Source: Alphaproteobacteria bacterium
GTDB lineage: Bacteria; Pseudomonadota; Alphaproteobacteria; Rs-D84
Length of the DNA stretch: 64,000 bases
Direction of reading: 5' to 3'
NCBI GenBank assembly: GCA_017472065.1
Contig: JAFURB010000010.1
Location: forward strand, 270-64,269
Part shown: positions 13,302 through 21,522 of the stretch, piece after piece
Layout: each line of letters starts with the position of its first letter
How positions within the stretch are numbered: the stretch's first letter is position 1
The notes under the pieces: generated by a model
Seen by the model: the letters and a program-made list of their open reading frames with translations, nothing else
Told to the model about the DNA's origin: nothing
The model's database searches: none
Translations under genes and position numbers: made by a program

Positions 13302-14543
13302 TCAAACAATATCATCACCAACGGGGTGTGTTGTTTTTAACACACGCATATTTGGATTATACTGGGCCGCACAGCGATTCTTGATAAACAACAATGCCCA
13401 CAATCCAATCAGCATTATTATCGCCCCAAGGATAAATATACTGTAACGCCAACTGCCCATTGTGCCACCCAGACCAATCAACAGGCATGTTATGACATAG
13501 ATAACATTATCGCCAATACTGTACAGTGACAAAATCACAGATCGATATGATGAAGGCAAGAAATCTTGGAATCGGGAATACAGCAAAATATAAATTGCCG
13601 CAAACAGCGCATATGCCGCACCCAACGCCCACAGGCCTGCAACATTATAAAATACAGAAAACACAACATACAGACCGCCCGCCAAACTGATTGATGAATA
13701 TAATATCCAATCTGGCACCGCCTTAAAACGATGGGCAAATGTTTGCCCCAGCACACTGCACCCCAGGGCAAAAAACTGAACCAATCCGACATACACAACA
13801 GGCAAACCGATTTCAATACCAATCGGGCTTAAATAATCATCTAAATAACAAATATTACTGACCAGCAATGTTAACATCAGCATCAAGAATATGCACGGTG
13901 TTTGTACGCAAATACGGGTTCCTGTACGAAACAGTTTCATAAAGTTTGTCTTGCGAACACGTTTTGGCGCCTGATGCGGATGTGAACGCAACTGAATCCG
14001 ATTAATGCAAATCATAGAAATCGCAATCGAAACCAATGATGCCAATGTTATCCATTGATACCCAACAAACATCAACAAAGATCCAAACGCAGATAATGCC
14101 GCCGCAACCGCCGACACGTTATATCGCATCCCCAGGACGCGCGCATAAATATCATGGTGACGGCGCGCACGCAATTCGTCATACAATAAACCTTCGAACG
14201 CAACATTAAAGAACGCAGACTGGACACCCCATAAAAACATACCGATTGCAAATCCCCAAAATGTTGGCCAAACCAACCACAGGGCAAATGCAATTGCCTT
14301 TAATATTTGTCCCAGGTTTATGGCATTTTTTAGACCTAATTTGTTTGTTATCCATGTAACAGGGATTTGGGTCATAAATGTTCCCACCGACAAAATAATA
14401 AACAGTGATGACAATGCCATATCGGACATACCGTGTTCTTGCATAAACACGGCATAAACCGGACTTAACAACAATAATTTGTTAAAAAAAGTATATCCGT
14501 AAACATTTGTCAAAAAACGACGCAAAGACGATTTCTTTTTCAT
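13302..14543 (-). CDS. MFS-type transporter (paralog 1)
   Basis: 413 aa, about 12 hydrophobic segments. Clearly paralogous to the next gene (..YGYTFFNKLLLLSPVYAVFMQEHG.. vs ..YGFAFFNKFLLLTPVYAIFMQQNG..). Confidence 0.65.
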   Translation of the reverse strand: MKKKSSLRRFLTNVYGYTFFNKLLLLSPVYAVFMQEHGMSDMALSSLFIILSVGTFMTQIPVTWITNKLGLKNAINLGQILKAIAFALWLVWPTFWGFAIGMFLWGVQSAFFNVAFEGLLYDELRARRHHDIYARVLGMRYNVSAVAAALSAFGSLLMFVGYQWITLASLVSIAISMICINRIQLRSHPHQAPKRVRKTNFMKLFRTGTRICVQTPCIFLMLMLTLLVSNICYLDDYLSPIGIEIGLPVVYVGLVQFFALGCSVLGQTFAHRFKAVPDWILYSSISLAGGLYVVFSVFYNVAGLWALGAAYALFAAIYILLYSRFQDFLPSSYRSVILSLYSIGDNVIYVITCLLIGLGGTMGSWRYSIFILGAIIMLIGLWALLFIKNRCAAQYNPNMRVLKTTHPVGDDIV

Positions 14544-14606
14544 GATTATAATCCCATTAACGGTGGAATTATAAACTATTTTAGGAATAAAATGTATAAT
14601 AAAAAA

Positions 14607-15782
14607 TTATTTGTTCAATGGACATTGACGACGCACGTACAGCATTGCCCACGCGCACACAACCAGCATCAACAGCCCAAGGATAATTATACTGAAACGC
14701 CAACTGCCCAGCGTCGCCCCCAGCCCAACAACACCACATACAATCATGTATAAAACATAATTCAATGTCGTATAAACAGACAGTACAACCGAACGGTGAC
14801 GCGGGGGTATCATATGCTGAAAACGCGAATACAGTAATGTATAAATCCCATAGAACAACATGTACGCAATTCCCATTATCCACAAAGACCATACATCATA
14901 GTGCAAACCAAATGCGATAAATGCCGCCCCCACACCACCAATCAGTGAATACAGCAAACCATCATGAATCTTGGTAAATCTGTATGCAAAACGTTGGCCG
15001 ATTGTCGCACACCCCAGCAAGAACAATGGCACAACACCAACATATTCTGTTGGAATCCCAATTTGAAGACCAATAGGACTTAAAAAATCATCCAAAAACG
15101 GTATATTTATAATCAGCAATGTCAGTATCATAACAGACATCAGGCATGGTATTTTCAAACAAATATTTAACCCAGATCGCAATAATTTCCGCATTGGTAT
15201 CGCAACAACATTTTTTGATGACGCAATTGGAATATGTGGTAATATAATCAAACAAATCATTGATATCAATATTGCCACAACCGATGCCCATGTTACCCAT
15301 GTGTACCCCATAAACATCAGCAAAGACCCAAACGCAGACAATGCAACACCAACTGATTCATATGTTGATTTGCGCCCCAGGATACGGGAATAATCGCGCT
15401 TGTTACCATATATGGCAACACCATCGTACACCAAGCCTTCAAATGCGACACTGCGAAATCCGGCCTGGGCACCCCATGCAAACATACCAATTACAAATCC
15501 AGTATAATTTGGCAGAACCAACCACAATACAATCGCGAACACCTTTAACATTTGGCCAATCATCATTGACCAGCGCTGCCCCAGACGATTTGTGATAAAT
15601 GTAATTGGCCCCTGACATAAAATCGTGCCCAATGCAGAAATTATAAACATTGTTGACAATTGCAGGTCATTCAGACCATTTTGCTGCATAAAAATGGCAT
15701 AAACTGGTGTCAGCAATAAAAATTTATTAAAAAACGCAAAACCATATATTCCCAACAATAAACGACGCATCGATGCCCCCAT
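14607..15782 (-). CDS. MFS-type transporter (paralog 2, tandem)
   Basis: Collinear similarity to 13302..14543. Start trimmed to ATG 15782 to match the paralog N-terminus. Confidence 0.65.
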   Translation of the reverse strand: MGASMRRLLLGIYGFAFFNKFLLLTPVYAIFMQQNGLNDLQLSTMFIISALGTILCQGPITFITNRLGQRWSMMIGQMLKVFAIVLWLVLPNYTGFVIGMFAWGAQAGFRSVAFEGLVYDGVAIYGNKRDYSRILGRKSTYESVGVALSAFGSLLMFMGYTWVTWASVVAILISMICLIILPHIPIASSKNVVAIPMRKLLRSGLNICLKIPCLMSVMILTLLIINIPFLDDFLSPIGLQIGIPTEYVGVVPLFLLGCATIGQRFAYRFTKIHDGLLYSLIGGVGAAFIAFGLHYDVWSLWIMGIAYMLFYGIYTLLYSRFQHMIPPRHRSVVLSVYTTLNYVLYMIVCGVVGLGATLGSWRFSIIILGLLMLVVCAWAMLYVRRQCPLNK

Positions 15783-15894
15783 ATATTCTTGGATTACAGT
15801 ATATACCTTTTTCAAATAAAAAAGCACCAAAAATATTGAATTTTTGTCAAATTTGCACTATAATAAGTGGGATAAGAATAAAGGTGACGGCACA

Positions 15895-17715
15895 ATGGCA
15901 TTTGATACCGAAAAATTTATTGTAGATTTAGCGAAGCAGTTAAACCTGCGAAACATGGATGATGCCCAGCGTGCCAGATTGGCCGACCTGAAAAGAAAAG
16001 GGGTTGCAACAGGCAAACAAAAAAAATGGGATCCCACAGCCCTGCCACCAGAAATTAACGCAATCACACCGGCAGACCCAACCACAACCCCACCAACCCC
16101 AGAAACATTTACATATACTGGCGAAGATACAGCTACGCATCCTGTGCCGACATCGGATAGTCTGCAGGATTTATATCTGAAACTGGTTGTAATTTTGCGC
16201 GATGTTAATGCGGACAAAGATTTACGCGAAAACGATCCAACGAAAAAATTTCTGGAAACCTTTTATGGTGCAGGCAAGGCAATAGAGCAGTATGTATCAA
16301 AACCCGTCCCTGCAACTTATCCGGTTGCCGACATCGCAAATTATATTGCAACAAATAAAGCCCAATTGTTTCTTGCCCTGGGAATCAACGAATCAGACCT
16401 GGAAAAATTGGCAAATGCATTAAATGACGGTTCATACACAACCAATGCCAAAGCATTGGGAATTTTTGAAAAATTTTTAATAAAACTGTCTAATCATTAC
16501 TATAGCGGTGGTGCTACATTGCCTGGGACAATACCCCTGGGAATACAACATCCAGACCAAATATCTGATATATACCAGGCCATAACAACACCAGAAGATC
16601 CCACACCGGCACAACTAAGTCAACTTATGGCTGGCAAAGAAGACCTGTTTGGTAAATTGATTGCCAATGAAAAATTGCGCGAAAAGGTTCTGGCCAAAGA
16701 TACGAACGGCGATATTACCACATGGATTAACAAGGGCTTAAATGAAACAAACTATAATGATGGCGATCACAAATTAAACCCTTTGTACGAAGACAGAAAA
16801 ACTCTGTTCGAACGCGCAAAAGACAACCTGAAAAAGAAATATGAAGATACACTGGGAAAACTAGAACAAAAACACAAACGGCATATTTATTCTACGAACG
16901 CACGATATATTGTCGAACAACTTATCAAGAAAAAAATTGACCCAACAAGTGGTATGGAAAAATTGTATGATACCCTGGGGGCTGTCAAAGCAGATTTACC
17001 AAACCCAGTTCAAAAACAATTAGATTGGGTAATAAAAACACTGGGCAAGGTTTCCGACAAAACATTTTTTAAGGAAGCATTATCAAACGGCAACCAAATG
17101 CGACAATTGGTTCAAGAAATTGTAAAGGCGGCCGTTCATGACGACAAAAAAGAAGAAGCAAAGGTTGCGCTGGAGATGCTGTCTGTTATGCGATATACGA
17201 TGACAACATCTTCGGTGCGAGCAAACCTGAAAAAAACAGAATTCACAATATTTTCTGACAGTTCTTTGTCTATAAATAAAAACGGTGGCGAAATGGTTCA
17301 GGCATTTACCAAGGCAACCGACAAACTAATAAAGACAATGACCATGGGTGTGTTCGAACTGGGGAATCTGGCAAAGAACGCAATTAAAACAAACGGCGTT
17401 AAATTTGGGCATGGCACAGGAAGACTGGACAAAAGAACAACCGACAGTGTTGAATACGCAGACCCAGATAAAAAGAAAACAATGGAAGAATTGTACGCAT
17501 GGTGGGATTTCTTTAATTCGTCAGATCAAAGCAAGGATTACAATATCCTGGCATCACACAAAGGCAAACAAAAGGCAGCAGACGATGCAGGCACCCCAGG
17601 CACAGTCAGCATTACCACAGCCGCAGGTGACACATATTCTATTGACGACCCAACAAACCAGCAAGAAAGATTTCTGGAATTTTTACGACAGAACAATATT
17701 GGACGCGCCGCATAG
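15895..17715 (+). CDS. Large hypothetical protein (606 aa) with Pro/Thr-rich N-terminal linker
   Basis: Start at ATG 15895 after AAAGGTGA. TTGAAT-17-TATAAT promoter at 15835-15865. PPEINAITPADPTTTPPTPETFTYTG segment, no family recognised. Confidence 0.55.
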   Translation: MAFDTEKFIVDLAKQLNLRNMDDAQRARLADLKRKGVATGKQKKWDPTALPPEINAITPADPTTTPPTPETFTYTGEDTATHPVPTSDSLQDLYLKLVVILRDVNADKDLRENDPTKKFLETFYGAGKAIEQYVSKPVPATYPVADIANYIATNKAQLFLALGINESDLEKLANALNDGSYTTNAKALGIFEKFLIKLSNHYYSGGATLPGTIPLGIQHPDQISDIYQAITTPEDPTPAQLSQLMAGKEDLFGKLIANEKLREKVLAKDTNGDITTWINKGLNETNYNDGDHKLNPLYEDRKTLFERAKDNLKKKYEDTLGKLEQKHKRHIYSTNARYIVEQLIKKKIDPTSGMEKLYDTLGAVKADLPNPVQKQLDWVIKTLGKVSDKTFFKEALSNGNQMRQLVQEIVKAAVHDDKKEEAKVALEMLSVMRYTMTTSSVRANLKKTEFTIFSDSSLSINKNGGEMVQAFTKATDKLIKTMTMGVFELGNLAKNAIKTNGVKFGHGTGRLDKRTTDSVEYADPDKKKTMEELYAWWDFFNSSDQSKDYNILASHKGKQKAADDAGTPGTVSITTAAGDTYSIDDPTNQQERFLEFLRQNNIGRAA

Positions 17716-17740
17716 CATTAATTTTGTTATTTTAACAGCC

Positions 17741-17810
17741 TTGATTTTTATGTCGTTTTATGATATAATATTCTGTATCAACACCGCCGTATGTGGCGGT
17801 GTTTTTTTTT
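17741..17810 (+). promoter_or_regulatory. Sigma70-type promoter immediately followed by an intrinsic terminator
   Basis: TTGATT(17741-46)-17 nt-TGATATAAT(-10 at 17764-69), then ACACCGCC-N6-GGCGGTGT plus T9 (17781-17810), 44 nt before the next ATG. Confidence 0.5.
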
Positions 17811-17853
17811 ACAGCTAATAAATCTTTTATATAAAACCTTAAGGAAATATATT

Positions 17854-18432
17854 ATGTCAAAAATTCTGCAAGTGCGGCGCGGTTCAACCGATGCCAATAA
17901 TAATTTTACCGGGATGCCGGGGGAACTGTCATTTGATACAGATAAAAAAACATTACGCGTACATGATGGCGAAACACTGGGCGGATTTGAATTGTTACGC
18001 ACAGACCAAAATTCATCCAGCGGTGATGGCACATTTGATATAACAAGTGTATCAGATGAATTCTGGGCCGAAACCATTGCGCGTTTCGCACCGGCACCAT
18101 TTACAATCCTGACCAGTCCCCAGATGAAGGTAAAAAGCACTGTTCCATCAACCGAGTGTATTTTCGATACCGTCAGCAAAGAACCAGCCTTTGTTCGTGT
18201 AATGCTGATATGCCAATCACCGGATGCCGGATATGCAATCGGCGACACGGTTTATGCATTTGGTATCGGCAATCGCACAAACCCAACACCAAACATATGG
18301 ACCGACGATAACGGCGTGCATGTACAATTAATGATTGGTAATGAACAATTCTGGGTCAGTCACAAAGACACCGGCACACAAACAAACATTGTGCCAGAAA
18401 ACTGGCGTTTATTATTCCGAGTTTACTGTTGA
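17854..18432 (+). CDS. Phage tail-fibre N-terminal-domain protein (Mtd_N / hyaluronidase-like motif)
   Basis: MSKILQVRRGSTDANNNFTGMPGELSFDTDKKTLRVHDGETLGG matches the (I/L)Q(L/V)RRG...GEL..DTD...L(K/R)(I/V)GDG opening of many phage fibre/tropism proteins. RBS AAGGAAA. Confidence 0.6.
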   Translation: MSKILQVRRGSTDANNNFTGMPGELSFDTDKKTLRVHDGETLGGFELLRTDQNSSSGDGTFDITSVSDEFWAETIARFAPAPFTILTSPQMKVKSTVPSTECIFDTVSKEPAFVRVMLICQSPDAGYAIGDTVYAFGIGNRTNPTPNIWTDDNGVHVQLMIGNEQFWVSHKDTGTQTNIVPENWRLLFRVYC

Positions 18433-18486
18433 AAAATGTAAAAACGTTTGCTATGCTGTCCGCGTCAATTAATCAAAGGGGATAAA

Positions 18487-19728
18487 ATGTACATACTTGC
18501 ACTGAACTGTGGTTCATCTTCATTAAAATATCAGGTTTTTGACGCGGATTCTAAACAGGCAATCGTCGGCGGTAATGTCGAAAAGATTGGTTTGCCAGAT
18601 TCTTTTGTCACACAGAAATATCCAGATGGCACAAAACAGAAAAAAGAAACATCTATGCAGAATCATAACGAAGCATTAAATGTTGTTCTGTTTATGTTGC
18701 GCGAAGCATCAATTGATTTGAACGAAATCAAGGGTGTTGGTCATCGCGTCGTTATGGGTGGCGACAAATTCGCATCATCTGTTGAAATTAACGACGAAGT
18801 TATCAAAACAATTGATGAATTGTCGGCAATTGCGCCACTGCATAATCCATCTGCGCTGATGGGTATTGTTACCGCGAAACAGTTATTGCCAAACGCAACC
18901 CAGGTCGCTGTGTTTGACACTGCGTTCCACCAGACAATGCCAGATTATGCATACCGCTATGCGGTGCCAAGTGCATGGTATCGTGAATTAGGCGTTCGTC
19001 GTTATGGGTTCCATGGAACGTCACATTTGTATGTTTCAAAACGCGCGGCAAAAATGCTGGGCAAACCGGCCAACGAATGCAACCTGATTACATTACATAT
19101 TGGTTCGGGCGCGTCGGCCACGGCAATTCGCAACGGTGTTTCCGTAGATACATCTTTGGGTATGACACCATTGGCCGGATTGACAATGGGTACACGTCCA
19201 GGTGACCTGGATCCGGGTGTTGTTTTGTATGTTATGAACCGTTTGGGCATTAACGCAGACCAAATGCAAAAACACTTGAACAAAGATTCAGGGCTGATGG
19301 GTATTACAGAATGCTTTGCCGATCGTCGCGATGTCGAAGGTAACAAAGACGAAAACGACCTGTGCCGCTTGGCCATTGATATGGAAGCACACAATGTAAA
19401 AAAATACATCGGTGCATTTATGGCTGAATTGGGACATGTTGATGCGCTGGTATTTACCGCCGGCGTTGGCGAAAACGACGATTATCTGCGCGAAAAATTC
19501 TGTGAAGGTTTGGAAGAATTGGGCATAAAATTAGACAAAGAAAAAAATGCAGTTGCCCTGGCACGCAAAGGTGTTGACCAAGCCGTTATCAGCACAGATG
19601 ACAGTCGCGTCAAGATTTTGATGATTGCAACAAACGAAGAATTGGTAATTGTCGAAGACACATTGGCAATTATGAACGGCACATACAATCCAGATCATTT
19701 GAAAATGGATTATTCGTTTGTAAAATAA
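18487..19728 (+). CDS. ackA: Acetate kinase
   Basis: MYILALNCGSSSLKYQVFD N-terminus and collinear acetate/propionate kinase sequence. Start moved to ATG 18487. Confidence 0.94.
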   Translation: MYILALNCGSSSLKYQVFDADSKQAIVGGNVEKIGLPDSFVTQKYPDGTKQKKETSMQNHNEALNVVLFMLREASIDLNEIKGVGHRVVMGGDKFASSVEINDEVIKTIDELSAIAPLHNPSALMGIVTAKQLLPNATQVAVFDTAFHQTMPDYAYRYAVPSAWYRELGVRRYGFHGTSHLYVSKRAAKMLGKPANECNLITLHIGSGASATAIRNGVSVDTSLGMTPLAGLTMGTRPGDLDPGVVLYVMNRLGINADQMQKHLNKDSGLMGITECFADRRDVEGNKDENDLCRLAIDMEAHNVKKYIGAFMAELGHVDALVFTAGVGENDDYLREKFCEGLEELGIKLDKEKNAVALARKGVDQAVISTDDSRVKILMIATNEELVIVEDTLAIMNGTYNPDHLKMDYSFVK

Positions 19729-19735
19729 AACACAT

Positions 19736-19766
19736 AAAAATCCCGCCAAATGGCGGGATTTTTTTA
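19736..19766. terminator. Bidirectional intrinsic terminator
   Basis: AAAAATCCCGCC-AAAT-GGCGGGATTTTTTT between convergent ackA and the XRE gene. Confidence 0.75.
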
Positions 19767-19994
19767 TTTATTAACTTTATGATAGTTTTTCGCCCACATC
19801 ATGTTACAAGCTTCGACAAATATTTTGCGTATTAATGTTTCATCGGGTAATATCTGCCCCCTTTCAATCCGTGCCAAAGCATCCCTTGGGATTTTAAGAA
19901 TTTTCGATAAATCCTTGCGACTTAGATGCGCGCTACGCCGTCCACGACGCAATGCATCACCATAGAATCTGGCATCAATTAAAACTACTGTCAT
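19764..19994 (-). CDS. XRE-family helix-turn-helix protein (76 aa)
   Basis: LSRKDLSKILKIPRDALARIERGQILP HTH_XRE-like core. RBS AGGGGGA. Confidence 0.7.
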   Translation of the reverse strand: MTVVLIDARFYGDALRRGRRSAHLSRKDLSKILKIPRDALARIERGQILPDETLIRKIFVEACNMMWAKNYHKVNK

Positions 19995-20004
19995 ATTTCA
20001 TCCC

Positions 20005-20150
20005 CCTTTTTTTTACATAAAAACCGCCATATAAAAGGCGGTTGGAGGCTCAAAACTATTAACAGTAATAGCGTGCTTATTTAGATATATCGCAACCCTC
20101 CAACCTGTGTTGGAGTTTTCTGTTAGAGGTTTTGAGTCCTCGCACCGGAT
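20005..20150 (-). ncRNA. Structured leader/sRNA, copy 1 of a two-member family
   Basis: TTGAAT-17-TATAAT promoter (20184-20156, minus), ~145-nt transcript ending in AACCGCC-N8-GGCGGTT plus U-run. Homologous to 23671..23885 with compensatory changes in helices. Confidence 0.5.
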
Positions 20151-20226
20151 TACCAATGCCCCCACATTATACCGCATAAAAAACAGATATTCAAGTTTGT
20201 TCAAAAAATAAAAATTTTATTATAAA

Positions 20227-21522
20227 TTATTTAATCAAATCGCCGGCCTTGATATATTCGGGGTCGTTTTTTTTCAGGTACTTTTGCGCGCGACGCGCAT
20301 ATTCAACCGATTTATCCGTATCACCACGCATTGCATGATATTCCGCCATCGCCCATGCGTGACGACCAGAATCCGCATCACCATAGCATCGTGCCAAAAC
20401 CCAATACGCCAGTGGAGTCGGTTCCGTCAACACAACATGTTTAGATAACTCAATCGCGCGCGATATATCGCCGGGCTTTTTCCGTTCTGATAAAACCAAT
20501 GCCAGGGCTGTTTCAATCTGGGGCGCGTTATCAATCAGTGACAATGATTTTTCATATGCATGAACACTGTCATCATAATGACCAAACTGATATTCAATAT
20601 CACCCAGCAATTCATAGAAATATCCATTATTTGGATTGCGCGATATTAATGTTTCAACCCCCATGCGCGCACCATCCAGATTTCCCCCACGCATGTTCGC
20701 AATTGCGCGTGCATACAGGGCGGAATCTGATTTATCCGTGTACGGATATTTTGTTAATACCGTCTTTGCATCATCCAAATATCCAATCAGTTTTGCACGC
20801 ACCAATTCATATCGCGCATCGCGCGTGGTGGTATTTGGCGCACGGTAATCGGGCGCATGTTCGGCAATATATTCGCGTGCGTTCTTTAACCGTTCACGGG
20901 TCAGTGGATGATTAATTCGATTTGGATTAATTGTGTTTTCTAATTCGCCGGTTAAATCGTTCATCTGTTCAAAGACAGTTATAAATCCATTTGGATTCTG
21001 GCCAGATTGTATCATTAAATCAATCCCCAGATTATCTGCAATGCGTTCTTCGTCACGGGAAAACGCCAACATCGACTGGGTTGCGACACCCGATGATCCG
21101 GCCAGGACCCCTGCCCCCAGTGATGGATTACCACCGGCGACCATTAATCCGATTCCCAATGCCTGAATCAACATGGTGCGTTTCATTTCGGCATCCATGC
21201 GCGCAGATAATTGTGCCATGTGACCACCAATCGTATGTCCCAATTCATGCGCCACAACCGCAACCAGTGCATCGGGATTCTTTATTTGTTTCAACAGACC
21301 GGTGTAAATAAACACATCTTCGCCACCACGGACAAACGCATTAAAATCATCATCACTGACAATATTTATATTTAACCGGCCACCTGGGATATTGGCCGCC
21401 GTCCCCAGCGGTGCAACCAGTTCTGATAGAAAATGTTCTGTTTCTGTGTCATTAATCAATGTCGCACAAAATGACGGCATCGTTATAAAAAGCGATAACA
21501 AAAGCACACAAAACCTACGCAC
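20227..21522 (-). CDS. M48-family periplasmic metalloprotease with TPR-like C-terminus (BepA/YfgC-like)
   Basis: Signal peptide, HELGHTIGGH zinc motif, helical-repeat C-terminal half. Confidence 0.85.
   Translation of the reverse strand: MRRFCVLLLSLFITMPSFCATLINDTETEHFLSELVAPLGTAANIPGGRLNINIVSDDDFNAFVRGGEDVFIYTGLLKQIKNPDALVAVVAHELGHTIGGHMAQLSARMDAEMKRTMLIQALGIGLMVAGGNPSLGAGVLAGSSGVATQSMLAFSRDEERIADNLGIDLMIQSGQNPNGFITVFEQMNDLTGELENTINPNRINHPLTRERLKNAREYIAEHAPDYRAPNTTTRDARYELVRAKLIGYLDDAKTVLTKYPYTDKSDSALYARAIANMRGGNLDGARMGVETLISRNPNNGYFYELLGDIEYQFGHYDDSVHAYEKSLSLIDNAPQIETALALVLSERKKPGDISRAIELSKHVVLTEPTPLAYWVLARCYGDADSGRHAWAMAEYHAMRGDTDKSVEYARRAQKYLKKNDPEYIKAGDLIK

Noticed and set aside
17854-18432. 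Diversity-generating retroelement (because of the Mtd_N-like N-terminus and a Bbp19-like gene at 35423)
   Set aside because: No reverse transcriptase ORF, no template/variable repeat pair and no C-type-lectin-like C-terminal domain was seen anywhere in the window.
20013-20204. 63-aa ORF, and its counterpart at the 3' end of ORF 23587..23865, as a small-protein family. The C-terminal peptides RVAIYLNKHAITVNSFEPP and RVANILNKHTIRIDCLEPP are similar, including a CTA/TTG Leu pair.
   Set aside because: The N-terminal halves are unrelated. In copy 1 the ORF start lies upstream of the predicted promoter, and no ATG or RBS exists inside the transcript. The differences cluster as compensatory changes in three mutually complementary strands, which fits RNA structure better. 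This is not fully excluded; ribosome profiling would settle it.
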